The notes under the pieces are model-generated. The model had not been told where the DNA came from and searched no databases. It was given only the letters and a program-made list of their open reading frames with translations. Below, one piece after another: positions 37,543 to 46,078 of a stretch of 64,000 nucleotides of DNA. Made by a program: the position numbers and the translations under genes. Numbering within the stretch: the stretch's first letter is position 1; each line of letters starts with the position of its first letter. The DNA comes from Flavobacteriales bacterium (GTDB lineage: Bacteria; Bacteroidota; Bacteroidia; Flavobacteriales_D; CAJJDF01), in contig CBFHZD010000002.1 of the NCBI GenBank assembly GCA_965660305.1, positions 64,048-128,047 on the forward strand. Direction: 5' to 3'.

Positions 37543-38556
37543 CTATGCTTTGTCCAAAGTAAAAGAAAATATCGTTCCTTTATTTAGGTCACTTTCTATC
37601 TTAATGTTTTGATTGTGAGCTTCTACAATGTGTTTTACGATGGCCAGCCCAATTCCTGAACCACCCTGATTTCTATCACGGCTTTTCTCAACTCGATAAA
37701 ACCTCTCAAACAGTCGAGGTAAATGCTCTTTAGCTATTCCTATCCCATTGTCCTCCACTTTTACAAGTATTTTTCCTTTGGCAATTTCTCTTGCAGAAAT
37801 CACTGAACGTCCTCCTTGTTTACCGTAGTAAATAGAATTCGATATGAGGTTTGTAATTACTTGCTCAAGCCTCAGCTTATCTGCTGTTACAAAAATTTCT
37901 GCTACAGAGGGTTTTTCCAAACTAAGAGTTATGTCGTGATTCTCTGCTAGATCTTCCAGTTCCGAAAGGATATTTTTTATTAGCTCGAACAAGGAAATTC
38001 TTTTTAGATTTAGCTTTAAGTTTCCTGATTCAATTTTGGTAATCGTATCCATGTCGGCAATGACATTCGTAATTCTATCAATTCCTTTCGCTGCTTTATT
38101 CAAGAATTTTCTGTTTATAGATTCATCCTCTAAACCTCCTTCAAGCAAAGTCAAAATATAGCCCTCTACACTAAAAACAGGAGTTTTAAGTTCGTGTGCT
38201 AAGTTTCCAAAAAACTCTCTGCGGTAGGCTTCTGTAGATTTTAGTTTTTGAATTTCTGTTGTTTTTTTATTCAACCAATTTTCTATTTCGAGCTGAGCGT
38301 CTTTTCCGAAAATATCACCGTTTTTTTCATACACAATCCCAATAGATCGATATATTTTTTTGAACTTCTTTTTGGTATAGATTCGTAAGGCAAAGTAAGA
38401 AACAGTGAAAACTAGTACTCCTATGATAGCAGAAATGATGAGCACCATAAATTCCTCATCAGGATCATTTAATACAACATAAACACCCAGTGTTGCAATC
38501 ACAAAAGACAGCGCTCCTAAAACGAATGAGAAAAATATGCCAGAAGAAAATTTCAT
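37543..38556 (-). CDS. Sensor histidine kinase (two N-terminal TM helices, HisKA + HATPase_c)
   Basis: H-box FGNLAHELKTP, an N-box, and a G-box GGSGIGLAIVKHIV. No adjacent response regulator. Confidence 0.9.
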   Translation of the reverse strand: MKFSSGIFFSFVLGALSFVIATLGVYVVLNDPDEEFMVLIISAIIGVLVFTVSYFALRIYTKKKFKKIYRSIGIVYEKNGDIFGKDAQLEIENWLNKKTTEIQKLKSTEAYRREFFGNLAHELKTPVFSVEGYILTLLEGGLEDESINRKFLNKAAKGIDRITNVIADMDTITKIESGNLKLNLKRISLFELIKNILSELEDLAENHDITLSLEKPSVAEIFVTADKLRLEQVITNLISNSIYYGKQGGRSVISAREIAKGKILVKVEDNGIGIAKEHLPRLFERFYRVEKSRDRNQGGSGIGLAIVKHIVEAHNQNIKIESDLNKGTIFSFTLDKA

Positions 38557-38672
38557 AGGGTAAAGGTATAGCTTTTTAAGAAACCCAATGTTAAGATAAG
38601 GTTGTCTTCACTTATTAACACTCCGCTCGGAATAATTAAAACGAAAGTTAGAAACAATAGAGCAGAAACCCT

Positions 38673-38680
38673 TAACTTTG
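38673..38680 (+). promoter_or_regulatory. Putative -7 box TAACTTTG upstream of the enoyl-CoA hydratase gene
   Basis: Exact TAnnTTTG match 28 nt upstream of the ATG at 38708. Confidence 0.35.
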
Positions 38681-38707
38681 AAATACAGTTAAAAAACCTT
38701 AAATATC

Positions 38708-39484
38708 ATGTCAGAAAGCAATATTATCATCCAAAACATCGATTCTGTAAGAACAATAACAATCAACAGACCTAAGCAATTGAATGCGCTAAATTCGCAA
38801 ACAATTAGCGAATTGTCAGAGACATTAAAGTCAGCTGAAGAAGACAATAGTGTAAAGGTCATTATCTTGACAGGGTCAGGAGAAAAGGCGTTTGTGGCTG
38901 GTGCGGACATTAAGGAATTTGCATCATTTTCGGTAGAAGAGGGGAAGAAGCTGAGTAAAGTAGGACACGATAAATTATTTGATTTGGCCCAAAACTTAAC
39001 TACACCAATAATTGCAGCCGTAAATGGCTTTGCACTGGGTGGAGGATTGGAATTAGCCATGTCTGCCCACATTCGAGTGGCATCAGACAATGCAAAAATG
39101 GGACTTCCAGAAGTATCTCTAGGAGTAATACCTGGTTACGGAGGAACACAAAGATTGGCTCAGCTAGTGGGAAGAGGAAAAGCAATGGAAATGATCGCAA
39201 CTGCAGGAATGATTTCTGCGGATGAAGCTCACAAATGGGGACTTGTGAATCACGTAACATCTGCTGAAGGATTGATGGAAAAATGTCATGAAATTGCCGG
39301 TAAAATTTTAAAAAACTCCTCCTCGGCAATTGGTTTGGCGATTAAGGCTGTAAATGCAAATTTTACGGATGGTGAAAATGGATTTGAAACAGAAATCGAA
39401 GAGTTTGGAAACTGTTTTGGAACAGAGGATTTTAAAGAGGGAACAACGGCTTTCATCGAAAGAAGAAAGGCGAATTTTAAGTAA
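38708..39484 (+). CDS. Enoyl-CoA hydratase (crotonase family)
   Basis: 258 aa. FVAGADIKEF and ALGGGLELAMSAH motifs. Confidence 0.92.
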   Translation: MSESNIIIQNIDSVRTITINRPKQLNALNSQTISELSETLKSAEEDNSVKVIILTGSGEKAFVAGADIKEFASFSVEEGKKLSKVGHDKLFDLAQNLTTPIIAAVNGFALGGGLELAMSAHIRVASDNAKMGLPEVSLGVIPGYGGTQRLAQLVGRGKAMEMIATAGMISADEAHKWGLVNHVTSAEGLMEKCHEIAGKILKNSSSAIGLAIKAVNANFTDGENGFETEIEEFGNCFGTEDFKEGTTAFIERRKANFK

Positions 39485-39498
39485 AAAAACAATCTCAG

Positions 39499-40998
39499 TT
39501 GAGTGTAATAAAAAAGTTAGCAGGGCAAACGGCAATCTACGGAGTGAGCAGCATGTTTGCTCGTATTCTTAATTTTTTGTTGACACCCCTTTACGTTACT
39601 AGTTTTAGTACTGCGCAATATGGTGAAGTTTCCGAACTTTATGCCAATGTAGCTTTTTTTATGGTTTTGCTGGGTTTTGGAATGGAAACAGCGTTTTTTA
39701 AGTATTCAAAAACCGAAAAAAACGAGTCAACAGTTTATGGCACAGCCCTTACTTTTATTGCTGCGTCTAGTGGTTTGTTTATTTTGATGGGCTTCTTATT
39801 TACTCAACCTATCGCGGATTTAATAGGGTATGCCTCGAGGCCAGATTTTATTATTTACTTAGCCTTAATTCTTGGACTAGATGCTTTTGCAACAATTCCA
39901 ATGGCGAAATTGAGAAATGAGAGCCGAGCTAAGAAGTTTGCTCAAATCAACCTGATTAATATTGGAACCAATATCTTTTTCAATATCTTGTTTATTGCCT
40001 TTGCTAAAACTAGCTTCGACAATGGCAATAAAACGGCCTTGGTAGAGCTCATATATGATCCAGCCATAGGTATTGGGTATATTTTTATTTCTAATTTGAT
40101 AGCTACTTGTGTAAAACTTATTTTGTTATACCCAGAAGTGATTAAAGTAAAGTGGCAAATAAACAGAAAACTATTGGCAAACATGCTCATTTATTCTCTG
40201 CCCTTGATGTTGGGAAGTTTTGCAGGAATAATAAATGAAACATTTGACAGGATTCTTATTCGAAGAATTATAGAACCAGAGCAAGGAATAGAGGTGGCCA
40301 AACAACAAGTTGGTATTTATTCTGGGGTTTATAAACTGTCGATTCTAATCTCTTTATTTATTCAGGCTTTTAGGTATGCAGCTGAACCTTTTTTCTTTGC
40401 AAGGGCCAAAGAAAAAAACGCGAATCAAACCTACCGAACGGTCATGAACTATTTTATATTGGCAGTTTCGGTCATGTTTTTATTCATTCTCATGTACCTC
40501 GAGGTATTCAAGTGGCTGTTGCCAAAAAGAGAATATTGGGAAGGTCTTCATGTTGTTCCTATCCTCCTCGTTGCGAATATATTTTTAGGAATTTATTACA
40601 ATCAATCCATTTGGTACAAGTTATCTGGTCAAACCAAATTTGGGGCTTACATTGCAATGGGCGGAGCTGTCCTTACCGTTACGCTTAATGTGCTATTCAT
40701 TCCAATTTTAGGTTATGTGGCTTCTGCTTGGACTACGTTTGCGGTATATGGAGGAATGATGGTTACGTCTTATTTATTGGGTCAAAAACATTATCCCATT
40801 CCTTACAATATAAAAAAAGGAAGTTTCTTCCTAGTGTTTGCCGTTGCACTGTACTTTCTGAGTGTAGGATTTAAGTTTATTTTTCCAGGTTCGGTTGTCC
40901 TTATTTTAGGATTTAATACACTACTTTTTGTCTTTTATATTTGGTTCATTTACAACTTGGAAGGAGTAAATTTAAAAGAAATCCTAAAGAACGATTAA
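39499..40998 (+). CDS. Polysaccharide/oligosaccharide flippase (MOP/Wzx-type, multi-TM)
   Basis: 499 aa with about 12-14 TM helices. The N-terminus xVIKKLAGQTAIYGVSS is typical of Bacteroidota polysaccharide biosynthesis protein flippases. The start is a TTG. Confidence 0.78.
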   Translation: MSVIKKLAGQTAIYGVSSMFARILNFLLTPLYVTSFSTAQYGEVSELYANVAFFMVLLGFGMETAFFKYSKTEKNESTVYGTALTFIAASSGLFILMGFLFTQPIADLIGYASRPDFIIYLALILGLDAFATIPMAKLRNESRAKKFAQINLINIGTNIFFNILFIAFAKTSFDNGNKTALVELIYDPAIGIGYIFISNLIATCVKLILLYPEVIKVKWQINRKLLANMLIYSLPLMLGSFAGIINETFDRILIRRIIEPEQGIEVAKQQVGIYSGVYKLSILISLFIQAFRYAAEPFFFARAKEKNANQTYRTVMNYFILAVSVMFLFILMYLEVFKWLLPKREYWEGLHVVPILLVANIFLGIYYNQSIWYKLSGQTKFGAYIAMGGAVLTVTLNVLFIPILGYVASAWTTFAVYGGMMVTSYLLGQKHYPIPYNIKKGSFFLVFAVALYFLSVGFKFIFPGSVVLILGFNTLLFVFYIWFIYNLEGVNLKEILKND

Positions 40999-41696
40999 GC
41001 CGATTTTTCAGTTCGAAAACCTTTATACACCCACATAACGATTAACAACATCATTAAGTTATAGACGCTATCCTCTATTGGGATTGTGAGAACTCGTATT
41101 CCTAAAACCTCCTCAGGATTGTAGTTTACAACTGGATGTTGAATTAGCGAACCAGTAAGTATTCCATTTACAAGTAAAAAAGGAACGAGGCTAACAAAGT
41201 AAGTCAACAAGAACCTTCCCAGCCATTTTGGATTAAAGTAGGCTGTGATTAGCCCCAAAACACCAGTGGATAAGAAAGTAACAAAAGGATACAAAAGGTC
41301 TGAATTAAGAATAGAAAACACAATAAGAACCAAAGAAAACAGAGTTAAAAAGGGACGAGCAAAGTTGGCTAAATGGTCTTTTTTGATAAAATAATGAAGC
41401 ACTTCGTAAATAAAGAAACACGCGAATGGAATGATAACAAAGAATAACCATTCTTCTATCGGTAAAAGGAAAATTCGCAATCCAGAAGTGTAATCCTCAT
41501 TGAACCACCAAACACCTTTGTGGGTAAACCACACATCCCACGGAACAAAAATTGCCATCATAATTGCAATCCCTACAAATAGTTTTTTCCATTTTTTGTA
41601 ATAGGAAATGCGGTGCTCAAAACTCTGCGCCAAAGGATAGGACAAAGCAAACAGCAAGATATAAAAATACAGGTATTTTGATTCAAGAAACCCCAT
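40995..41696 (-). CDS. Fused lycopene-cyclase-domain protein (CrtYc/CrtYd-type, two domains)
   Basis: 233 aa, polytopic. Two copies of the PxE(E/D) motif (LPIEEWLFF and IPIEDSVYN) characteristic of the lycopene cyclase domain. Confidence 0.65.
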   Translation of the reverse strand: MGFLESKYLYFYILLFALSYPLAQSFEHRISYYKKWKKLFVGIAIMMAIFVPWDVWFTHKGVWWFNEDYTSGLRIFLLPIEEWLFFVIIPFACFFIYEVLHYFIKKDHLANFARPFLTLFSLVLIVFSILNSDLLYPFVTFLSTGVLGLITAYFNPKWLGRFLLTYFVSLVPFLLVNGILTGSLIQHPVVNYNPEEVLGIRVLTIPIEDSVYNLMMLLIVMWVYKGFRTEKSA

Positions 41697-42334
41697 TACA
41701 CAACTAGATTTAAGATCATAAAAAAGACAGTTTGAGTTCCAAAAATAACGAAACTAATTTTGCTGTTAATTCTCGGTGAAAAGGCATGAATAAGTCCGTG
41801 AATAAAAAGGCTAGTAGCAAACCACATCAGGTAGTTTTGAGCGGGTATTACATCATTTTTCCAGCTCCAAAAACCTAGCTTCATGGCCACTGGCTCTACT
41901 AAGTAATCGAGTCCTACCATCAACAACGGAGGAAAGGTCACCAGCCAAAAAGCTTTTTTAGTAAATGTTTGTACTATGCCATAGGAACTGAGAGCCAAAA
42001 ACAGCCAGTTTACTCCTATCATAACCGGTGTGTCAAAAACCTTGAACCCAAAAGGAGAGCCATAAGAGTAACTGCCGAATAATACTCCAGTTGCCACACC
42101 CGCGGCCTCTACAGAAAAACCAATGAGAAAAACAAGAAGAGAAAGCAGCAATAGTTTTCCGCTAAAGTCCTTATTTACTTTATAAAATGTAACCAGTGTA
42201 AGCAATAAATTAAGCGGAGTTAGAGGCAAGAAAAAGTGCCTAAAATTAGGTAAACTAAGACCAATTAAGCCCACAAAATGAACAATTATGAGGACAGAAA
42301 CCCAGCGGCTTTCTTTGGAAATATTCTTCATCAT
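41696..42334 (-). CDS. Carotenoid biosynthesis membrane protein (DUF422, CruF-like carotenoid 1,2-hydratase)
   Basis: 212 aa, polytopic. GFSVEAAGVATGVLFGSYSYG..FGFKVFDTPVMIGVNW resembles the CruF family. The gene is embedded in the crt cluster. Confidence 0.6.
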   Translation of the reverse strand: MMKNISKESRWVSVLIIVHFVGLIGLSLPNFRHFFLPLTPLNLLLTLVTFYKVNKDFSGKLLLLSLLVFLIGFSVEAAGVATGVLFGSYSYGSPFGFKVFDTPVMIGVNWLFLALSSYGIVQTFTKKAFWLVTFPPLLMVGLDYLVEPVAMKLGFWSWKNDVIPAQNYLMWFATSLFIHGLIHAFSPRINSKISFVIFGTQTVFFMILNLVV

Positions 42335-43794
42335 TTAATCAGGTTATCAATTATTTTTGCTGAGCTCAATGCCAATGGAATTCCTCCTCCTGGATGAACA
42401 CTTCCTCCACAGAAATACAAATTCTTGTACTCAGAAGAGAAATTTTTATGTCTAAAAAAAGCTGCAAATCGGTTGTTGCTTGATGTTCCGTAAAGCGATC
42501 CTTTGTATGAGTTTGTTTTGTCTTGTATGAGTTGTGGAGTTAATTTGTCCTCAAACTCAATGAGCTTTTCAATGTCTTCCCCTAAATTTCGCGATATTTT
42601 AGCCAAGATTTGTTTCCGAGCCTCGGCAACCATTGTGTCCCAATCTTGTCCGTAAACAGAAGGAACGTTAATCATGACAAACCAGTTTTCTTTTCCTTCT
42701 GGGGCATCTTTTTTTAGATGTTTACTCGTAATATGGATGTAGACTGTTGGATCTTCGTAAATCGTTTTGGAATCAAAAAGATGATCAAACTCTTTTTTAT
42801 AATCTTCGGTAAATAGAATATTGTGAACGTCCAATTCAGGAAATTCTTTGCCAATTCCCCAGTAAAAGATGAGCGCAGAGCTTGAACGTTCTTGGTTGTC
42901 TACTTGTTCTAGTTTCTTAGCCGAAGGAATGAGTTTTTCATAAACGGTGTGAATATCCGCATTACACACAATTAAATCTCCGGCAAAGGTTTCTAATTGG
43001 GTCACCACAGAAGTTGCTTTGTTCCCCTCGGTTTCTATGGCGGTTACTTCTTGGTTAAAATGAAATTCCACTCCAATCTCTTTAGCCAGTTTCACCAAAC
43101 AGTTGGTGATTTCATGCATTCCTCCCTCGGGTAAATAAGCGCCTAACCCAAATTCTAGGTGAGGAATTATATTCAAAATTCCAGGTGCTTTGTAGGGATT
43201 GGAACCATTGTAGGTTGCATACCTATTAAATAACCTAATAGTTTTGGAGTCGGTAAGTGCCTTTTCATTTACCTGATTCATAGAACTAAAAATGTGTAAA
43301 AAAGGAAGTTTGAGAATAGAAATTACTGTGTTTAGGGAAAGAAAAGACTTTGCCTTGTGCAATGATTTATTTAAGAATTGTTGGTTGGTAGCACGATAGA
43401 TATACCTACTTTTTCTAAGGTGTTTTTTTACTTTTTCGGCAGAATCTGTCGTTTTTTGGTCAATTTCGTCCGCAAAACGATCAATATCTGAATGGGCAGA
43501 AATTCGTGTTCCGTCTTCATAAAAATAATTACAAAGGATATCTAGTCGTTTGTAATTGAAATAATCTGTTGGTTTTTTGCCCGAGATTTCGAATAATTCT
43601 GTGACTAAATTGGGCATTGTAAAAAGAGAGGGACCCGCATCAAATCGATATCCATTTCCTTGTAGCACAGTAAGTTTACCGCCAGGATAGGAGTTTTTTT
43701 CTAACACCCGAACAGAATATCCTTTGTTTTGCAATCGAATGGCCGTGGCGATTCCGGCAATTCCAGAACCTACAATTACAGCATTTTTTGACAT
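42331..43794 (-). CDS. Phytoene-desaturase-family FAD oxidoreductase (CrtD-like by context)
   Basis: 487 aa. The N-terminal dinucleotide motif VIVGSGIAGIATAIRL...LEKNSYPGGK and the C-terminal GGSVHPGGGIP are typical of the CrtI/CrtD family. Confidence 0.85.
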   Translation of the reverse strand: MSKNAVIVGSGIAGIATAIRLQNKGYSVRVLEKNSYPGGKLTVLQGNGYRFDAGPSLFTMPNLVTELFEISGKKPTDYFNYKRLDILCNYFYEDGTRISAHSDIDRFADEIDQKTTDSAEKVKKHLRKSRYIYRATNQQFLNKSLHKAKSFLSLNTVISILKLPFLHIFSSMNQVNEKALTDSKTIRLFNRYATYNGSNPYKAPGILNIIPHLEFGLGAYLPEGGMHEITNCLVKLAKEIGVEFHFNQEVTAIETEGNKATSVVTQLETFAGDLIVCNADIHTVYEKLIPSAKKLEQVDNQERSSSALIFYWGIGKEFPELDVHNILFTEDYKKEFDHLFDSKTIYEDPTVYIHITSKHLKKDAPEGKENWFVMINVPSVYGQDWDTMVAEARKQILAKISRNLGEDIEKLIEFEDKLTPQLIQDKTNSYKGSLYGTSSNNRFAAFFRHKNFSSEYKNLYFCGGSVHPGGGIPLALSSAKIIDNLIK

Positions 43795-44252
43795 TATGCT
43801 CGGGCTTTTTTAAGTTCGTTTCTTAAGTATTTCCAAGGTACGATTAGCATTCCAAAACACTCACCATCTTCTTTCCCTGTGTGTTTGTGGTGCATTTTGT
43901 GAGCTCGTCTTATTGCTCTTAAATATACATTGTCACTATTCCTAAACCACTTTAGACGCTGGTGAATAAAAACTTCATGAACTAAAAAATAGGCTATTCC
44001 GTAGGTCAAAATACCGAAACCAATGTACATCACCGACCAAGCTCCAAACATAGATCCGAGCATGATACACAACCAAGAAGGTATGGCATAAATGAGGAAA
44101 AACGCATCGTTTTTTTCAAAAAAACTATCTTTATTTGGAACATGATGATCTAAGTGTAAACTCCACAAAAATCCGTGCATGACAAACTTGTGTGTAAACC
44201 AAGCCATAAATTCCATCCCCCAGAATGTTGCAAAAACGATTAGTAATCCCAT
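43794..44252 (-). CDS. crtZ: Beta-carotene hydroxylase CrtZ (fatty-acid-hydroxylase superfamily)
   Basis: 152 aa. Histidine boxes HKFVMH, HLDHH, HEVFIH and HKMHHKH. Confidence 0.85.
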   Translation of the reverse strand: MGLLIVFATFWGMEFMAWFTHKFVMHGFLWSLHLDHHVPNKDSFFEKNDAFFLIYAIPSWLCIMLGSMFGAWSVMYIGFGILTYGIAYFLVHEVFIHQRLKWFRNSDNVYLRAIRRAHKMHHKHTGKEDGECFGMLIVPWKYLRNELKKARA

Positions 44253-44322
44253 TTCTTTATTTTTTAAAAGCTCAAAAAGCGAATAAACGGCAGTTTAATT
44301 TTTCATCTCCCTTTTATTCATC

Positions 44323-44348
44323 GTCATCCTGAATTTATTTCAGAATCT
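44323..44348. repeat. GTCAT-hairpin-GAATCT palindromic element
   Basis: GTCATCCTGAAtttaTTTCAGAATCT. The same architecture occurs at 44986..45010. Confidence 0.5.
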
Positions 44349-44507
44349 CACAAAGAATATTTTACACTGTACTGTCATTTCTTCGAAACCGATGTTCTTA
44401 ATGCGAGAATAAAGGTAATAAATAATAAAATTAAGAGCATAATTTTCTTCCATTCCCTTTGCAATTGAAAAGAAAACAGGCAAATTTGTATCATTCACAA
44501 CAGCACT

Positions 44508-44942
44508 ATGAAAATAGAAATAATCAATAACTCACAACACGAGTTACCACATTACGCCACTTCGCAATCTGCAGGATTGGATTTGCGCGCAAACCTCCAG
44601 GAATCAGTTACTTTAAAACCTCTCGAAAGAAGATTGATCCCAACAGGATTGCACATTGCTTTACCGGAAGGATACGAAGCACAAGTTCGCCCCAGAAGTG
44701 GATTGGCTTACAAAAAAGGAGTGACAGTATTGAATGCGCCAGGAACGATTGATGCAGACTACCGAGGAGATATTGGAGTAATTCTTATCAATATGAGCAA
44801 CGAAGATTTTGTGGTTGAAAACGGTGAAAGAATAGCTCAGTTAGTCATAGCTAAATATGATCAGGCCGAATGGGTTTCGGTAACTGAATTATCCGAAACA
44901 AATAGGGGAGAAGGTGGTTTTGGAAGTACAGGTGTGAAATAG
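44508..44942 (+). CDS. dut: dUTP diphosphatase (dUTPase)
   Basis: 144 aa. Motifs [24 protein letters not shown] and the C-terminal motif [11 protein letters not shown]. Confidence 0.95.
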   Translation: MKIEIINNSQHELPHYATSQSAGLDLRANLQESVTLKPLERRLIPTGLHIALPEGYEAQVRPRSGLAYKKGVTVLNAPGTIDADYRGDIGVILINMSNEDFVVENGERIAQLVIAKYDQAEWVSVTELSETNRGEGGFGSTGVK

Positions 44943-44985
44943 GTCGTAGGACGACAGCCATTTTGTTTTCAATACAAGTTTCATT

Positions 44986-45010
44986 GTCATTCCCGCAAAG
45001 TTGGGAATCT
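44986..45010. repeat. GTCAT-hairpin-GAATCT palindromic element
   Basis: GTCATTCCCGCaaagTTGGGAATCT, with stem ATTCCC/GGGAAT. Confidence 0.5.
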
Positions 45011-45178
45011 TAACATAGCTTATCACCACTATTCGGAAAGAATGTTACGATTTATATTTTAAAGTTGGGCTTCGAGCCATTTTGTCTCGAAAAGTCGGGA
45101 CAAAATCCTCAGCCCGCAGATTTGAGAGTAACGTGGAGAAATGATATAAAGTAAATTCTTTAAGGATTTTATACTTTT

Positions 45179-45205
45179 CCTAACAGGTGTTGTTTTCCTG
45201 TTAGG
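45179..45205. repeat. CCTAACAGG-N9-CCTGTTAGG hairpin (copy 1 of 4)
   Basis: Perfect 9-bp stem with loop TGTTGTTTT. Confidence 0.7.
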
Positions 45206-45259
45206 TATGCTTACCAGAAGCAAACTCAAAAACACCATTTCATTTAAAATAACATCACT

Positions 45260-45553
45260 CTACTTCAACCTATATTTCACATCCATTCTTTGGTGAAGAA
45301 TTCTAATTATCTCAATACAATCACTATCTGTTTTTCTGTAAAAAATAAGGTGAGATTTTATTTTTGTGAACCGGTAGTTTTTACGAATATCCTCAATTGA
45401 TTCGCCCGACATTGGTTGGGATGCAACAAACTTAATTTCTTGAATAATTAGCGAAAAATATCTATCTGCCTGTTTTCTAGACCATTTGTTTTTCGTGTAA
45501 ACCCAAATGTTTTTCAAGTCTTTTTCAGCCTCTCGACTTATTTTGTACTTCAT
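45260..45553 (-). CDS. parE: Type II toxin, ParE/RelE family
   Basis: 97 aa. A..DL..IW.Y......W....A.RY...I...I..........G...........R......H.IFYR.......IEIIRILHQRMD pattern. A 4-nt overlap with the upstream antitoxin gene. Confidence 0.85.
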   Translation of the reverse strand: MKYKISREAEKDLKNIWVYTKNKWSRKQADRYFSLIIQEIKFVASQPMSGESIEDIRKNYRFTKIKSHLIFYRKTDSDCIEIIRILHQRMDVKYRLK

Positions 45554-45792
45554 AGGTTTTCGCTATGAATTTCTTTCAAAAGATTGTCAGGGTTAAAATC
45601 CTCTACAAAACCACTTTCTTCTCCTACTTCAAGAGCTTTTATCAACTCCATTTCCTTTTTTTCTTCTCTTTCTAGCAACCTTAAAGCGGAACGAATAACC
45701 TCACTCACAGAGCCATATTTTCCAGATTTCACTTCTTCTTTAATGAAATTTTCAAAATGATTCCCTAATGATATTGATGTGTTTTTCCCCAT
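45550..45792 (-). CDS. parD: Type II antitoxin, ParD family (ribbon-helix-helix)
   Basis: 80 aa. KNTSISLGNHFENFIKEEVKSGKYGSVSEVIRSALRLLEREE is the typical ParD/COG3609 N-terminus. Confidence 0.85.
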   Translation of the reverse strand: MGKNTSISLGNHFENFIKEEVKSGKYGSVSEVIRSALRLLEREEKKEMELIKALEVGEESGFVEDFNPDNLLKEIHSENL

Positions 45793-45812
45793 TTTTTAAC
45801 GTTGTTTATCTT

Positions 45813-45833
45813 CAAATGTACCAAATCTTGGTA
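45813..45833 (-). promoter_or_regulatory. Putative parDE promoter (-7 box TACATTTG) overlapped by the palindrome TACCAA-N3-TTGGTA
   Basis: The minus strand reads TTACCAAGATTTGGTACATTTG. The inverted repeat is at 45819..45833 and the TAnnTTTG box at 45813..45820, 20 nt upstream of the parD ATG. Confidence 0.4.
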
Positions 45834-45850
45834 ACACAAGCAAATTATCC

Positions 45851-45898
45851 AAAACAAACAGCGGAGAAGGTGGTTTTGGAAGTACTGGTGTGAAATAG
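45851..45898 (+). pseudogene. Orphan duplicate of the last 15 codons plus stop of dut
   Basis: Translates [15 protein letters not shown], against [15 protein letters not shown] at the true dut end. There is no upstream ORF in frame. Confidence 0.8.
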
Positions 45899-46078
45899 GT
45901 CGGAGGGCGAAAGCCATTTTGTTTTCAGTACAAGTTTCACTGTCATTCCCGAAAAGTCGAGACAAAATCCTCAGCCCGCAGATTTGAGAGTAACGTGGAG
46001 AAATGATATAAAGTAAATTCTCTAAGGATTTTATACTTTTCCTAACAGGTATTGTTTTCCTGTTAGGTGTGTTTACCA
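45852..46078. repeat. Right copy of the long direct repeat bracketing parDE
   Basis: See 44896..45216. Confidence 0.85.
46041..46067. repeat. CCTAACAGG-N9-CCTGTTAGG hairpin (copy 2 of 4)
   Basis: Perfect 9-bp stem with loop TATTGTTTT. Confidence 0.7.

Larger units (their letters stand above)
44896..45216. repeat. Left copy of the long direct repeat bracketing parDE (includes the 3' end of dut). It contains a 94-bp segment absent from the right copy.
   Basis: Manual alignment with 45852..46078 gives 227 alignable positions with about 13 mismatches, plus a 94-bp indel at 44996..45089. Confidence 0.85.

Noticed and set aside
38689-39090. 133-aa minus-strand ORF
   Set aside because: It is entirely antisense to the well-supported enoyl-CoA hydratase gene.
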